From Thermodesulfobacteriota bacterium (GTDB lineage: Bacteria; DASVDK01): a stretch of 51,598 nucleotides of DNA. Position 1 is the first letter of the stretch. Each line of letters begins with the position of its first letter. The stretch lies in NCBI GenBank assembly GCA_036381125.1, contig DASVDK010000154.1, forward strand, positions 1-51,598. Direction: 5' to 3'. The position numbers were made by a program, and so were the translations under genes. Below the pieces are notes generated by a model that saw nothing but the letters and a program-made list of their open reading frames with translations, was not told where the DNA came from and ran no database searches. Below are positions 50,417 to 51,598 of this stretch, in pieces.

Positions 50417-51037
50417 CTAACGTCGTTCCTTCCTGTCCGGGCCCTGCGACCCGGACCCCTCCACGGTGCGCGCCCCCCCGCGGCCGGCCTCGGTCGACTC
50501 GTGTCGCTCCCGGCTCGCCTCCCCGGTCCCCTGCACGGCCGGGCCGCGGACGATCGGCTGCGGGCGGGGCTTGCGGCGGCCGGGCTCGGGAGGTTTCTCC
50601 TCCGCTCCGGGTGGAGGGGCCGGTGGGCCGGTGCGACCGACGACGTCGCCCCCCTCGCCGGGGGCGATGACGAGGCCGCGTCCGGGGCGCGCGGGGCGGC
50701 CCGGCTCCTCCGTGGGCGGCGGCGCTCCGGGCTCCACGCCTCGCTCGAGCCGAACCCGCCTGGCCGCCTCGTCGACCGTGATGGACTCGACCGGGATCCG
50801 GGCGACGCCTGGACCCCGACGGCCCGGATCGCCGGACGCGACGAGCCGGACCTCGACGAAGCGGACCACCTCGCGCAGCGGGTCGACGAGGAGGTCCGTC
50901 ACCTCGCCGAGCAGCGCTCCACGGTCGTCCTCCACGGTGAAGCCGCGGATGTCCACCGAGCCGTCGGCGACCTCGTAGTCCTCGAGCGCCGAAAGGGGGG
51001 TCATCCCCTCGGGCGTGGCATCCGGGTCGTATCCCAT
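50417..51037 (-). CDS. PRC-barrel domain protein
   Basis: DIRGFTVEDDRG..GEVTDLLVD..VRFVEV; low-complexity C-terminus. Confidence 0.75.
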   Translation of the reverse strand: MGYDPDATPEGMTPLSALEDYEVADGSVDIRGFTVEDDRGALLGEVTDLLVDPLREVVRFVEVRLVASGDPGRRGPGVARIPVESITVDEAARRVRLERGVEPGAPPPTEEPGRPARPGRGLVIAPGEGGDVVGRTGPPAPPPGAEEKPPEPGRRKPRPQPIVRGPAVQGTGEASRERHESTEAGRGGARTVEGSGSQGPDRKERR

Positions 51038-51053
51038 GACGGCCTCTCCTGCC

Positions 51054-51254
51054 CTAGCGCGCCGGCGGCGCGGCGGGGCCTCCGGGAGCCGGAGCCGCCC
51101 CGGACCGCGCCGGGGCCCTGCCCGGCTCGTCGGCGGTGCGGTCCCCCTCGTCCGGGAAGGCGACGAGGAAGACCAGGATCAACGCGACCAGGGCCGCGAG
51201 GACCCAGATCCAGGCTCCCGGGCGTCGCCTGCGCTGGACGCGAATCTCGGCCAC
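51054..51254 (-). CDS. Small single-TM protein
   Basis: MAEIRVQRRRRPGAWIWVLAALVALILVFLV; AAGGGGG upstream of GTG. Confidence 0.55.
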   Translation of the reverse strand: MAEIRVQRRRRPGAWIWVLAALVALILVFLVAFPDEGDRTADEPGRAPARSGAAPAPGGPAAPPAR

Positions 51255-51394
51255 GATGGGCCCCCTTGCTGGTGGCCTCGGCCGGGGTCGCCCGGCACCC
51301 GACGACGTTTCGCAACCGGCGTGCCAGCTTGCCTCCAATCGGGCACGACCGGCGAGGGGCGGTGATGGTACGCTCGTGAGCGGGCGGTGCGTCG

Positions 51395-51598
51395 ATGGTC
51401 GAGGCAGCCTTCCAGAACGAATGGCCGCTCTTCCGGTTCCGGGCGCGCGACCTCGTGAAGCGCCCCCCCGTGACCTGCGGGCGGAACCTGCCGATCGGCG
51501 AGGCGGCGGGAGTCATGGCCGCTGCCGGGGTCGGCTCGATCGTCGTGATCGACGCCGACGGCGCACCGGTGGGGATCGTCACCCTGCGCGACGTGCGG
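51395..51598 (+). CDS. CBS-domain protein (3'-truncated by window edge)
   Basis: RARDLVKRPPVTC..EAAGVM..VGSIVVID..PVGIVTLRD; not in supplied ORF track. Confidence 0.75.
   Translation, partial: MVEAAFQNEWPLFRFRARDLVKRPPVTCGRNLPIGEAAGVMAAAGVGSIVVIDADGAPVGIVTLRDVR

Overview
Very GC-rich bacterial chromosomal window, mostly housekeeping and metabolic genes: a solA-like oxidase (partial), hsp20, a sigma-70 factor, an M16 peptidase, ClC, hutU-hutH, a polyprenyl synthase, rplU-rpmA-obgE-proB...proA-nadD-rsfS-rlmH, a lapB-like gene, gpmI, comF and an ActP-type symporter locus. Accessory elements: (i) a ~7.5 kb Sec-exported teneurin-like/YD-RHS gene with one net frameshift near 20.05 kb, a lower-GC 140-aa C-terminal cargo and a 2-TM candidate immunity gene; (ii) a composite non-coding element (25-bp GGGGTCAGGTCTTTCC tandem units plus a covarying hairpin) found twice, 44.5 kb apart; (iii) a PA2779-like/C39 peptidase/TPR lipoprotein operon; (iv) an IclR/TRAP/CoA-transferase/lyase/lactonase catabolic cluster; (v) a ~2.9 kb block between proB and proA with a Cys-rich MarR regulator, an exported protein with a predicted N-terminal His, and AraC and PIN remnants. 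Several genes look leaderless. No rRNA, tRNA, CRISPR array, integrase or transposase was seen. All calls come from motif recognition by eye; no database searches were run.
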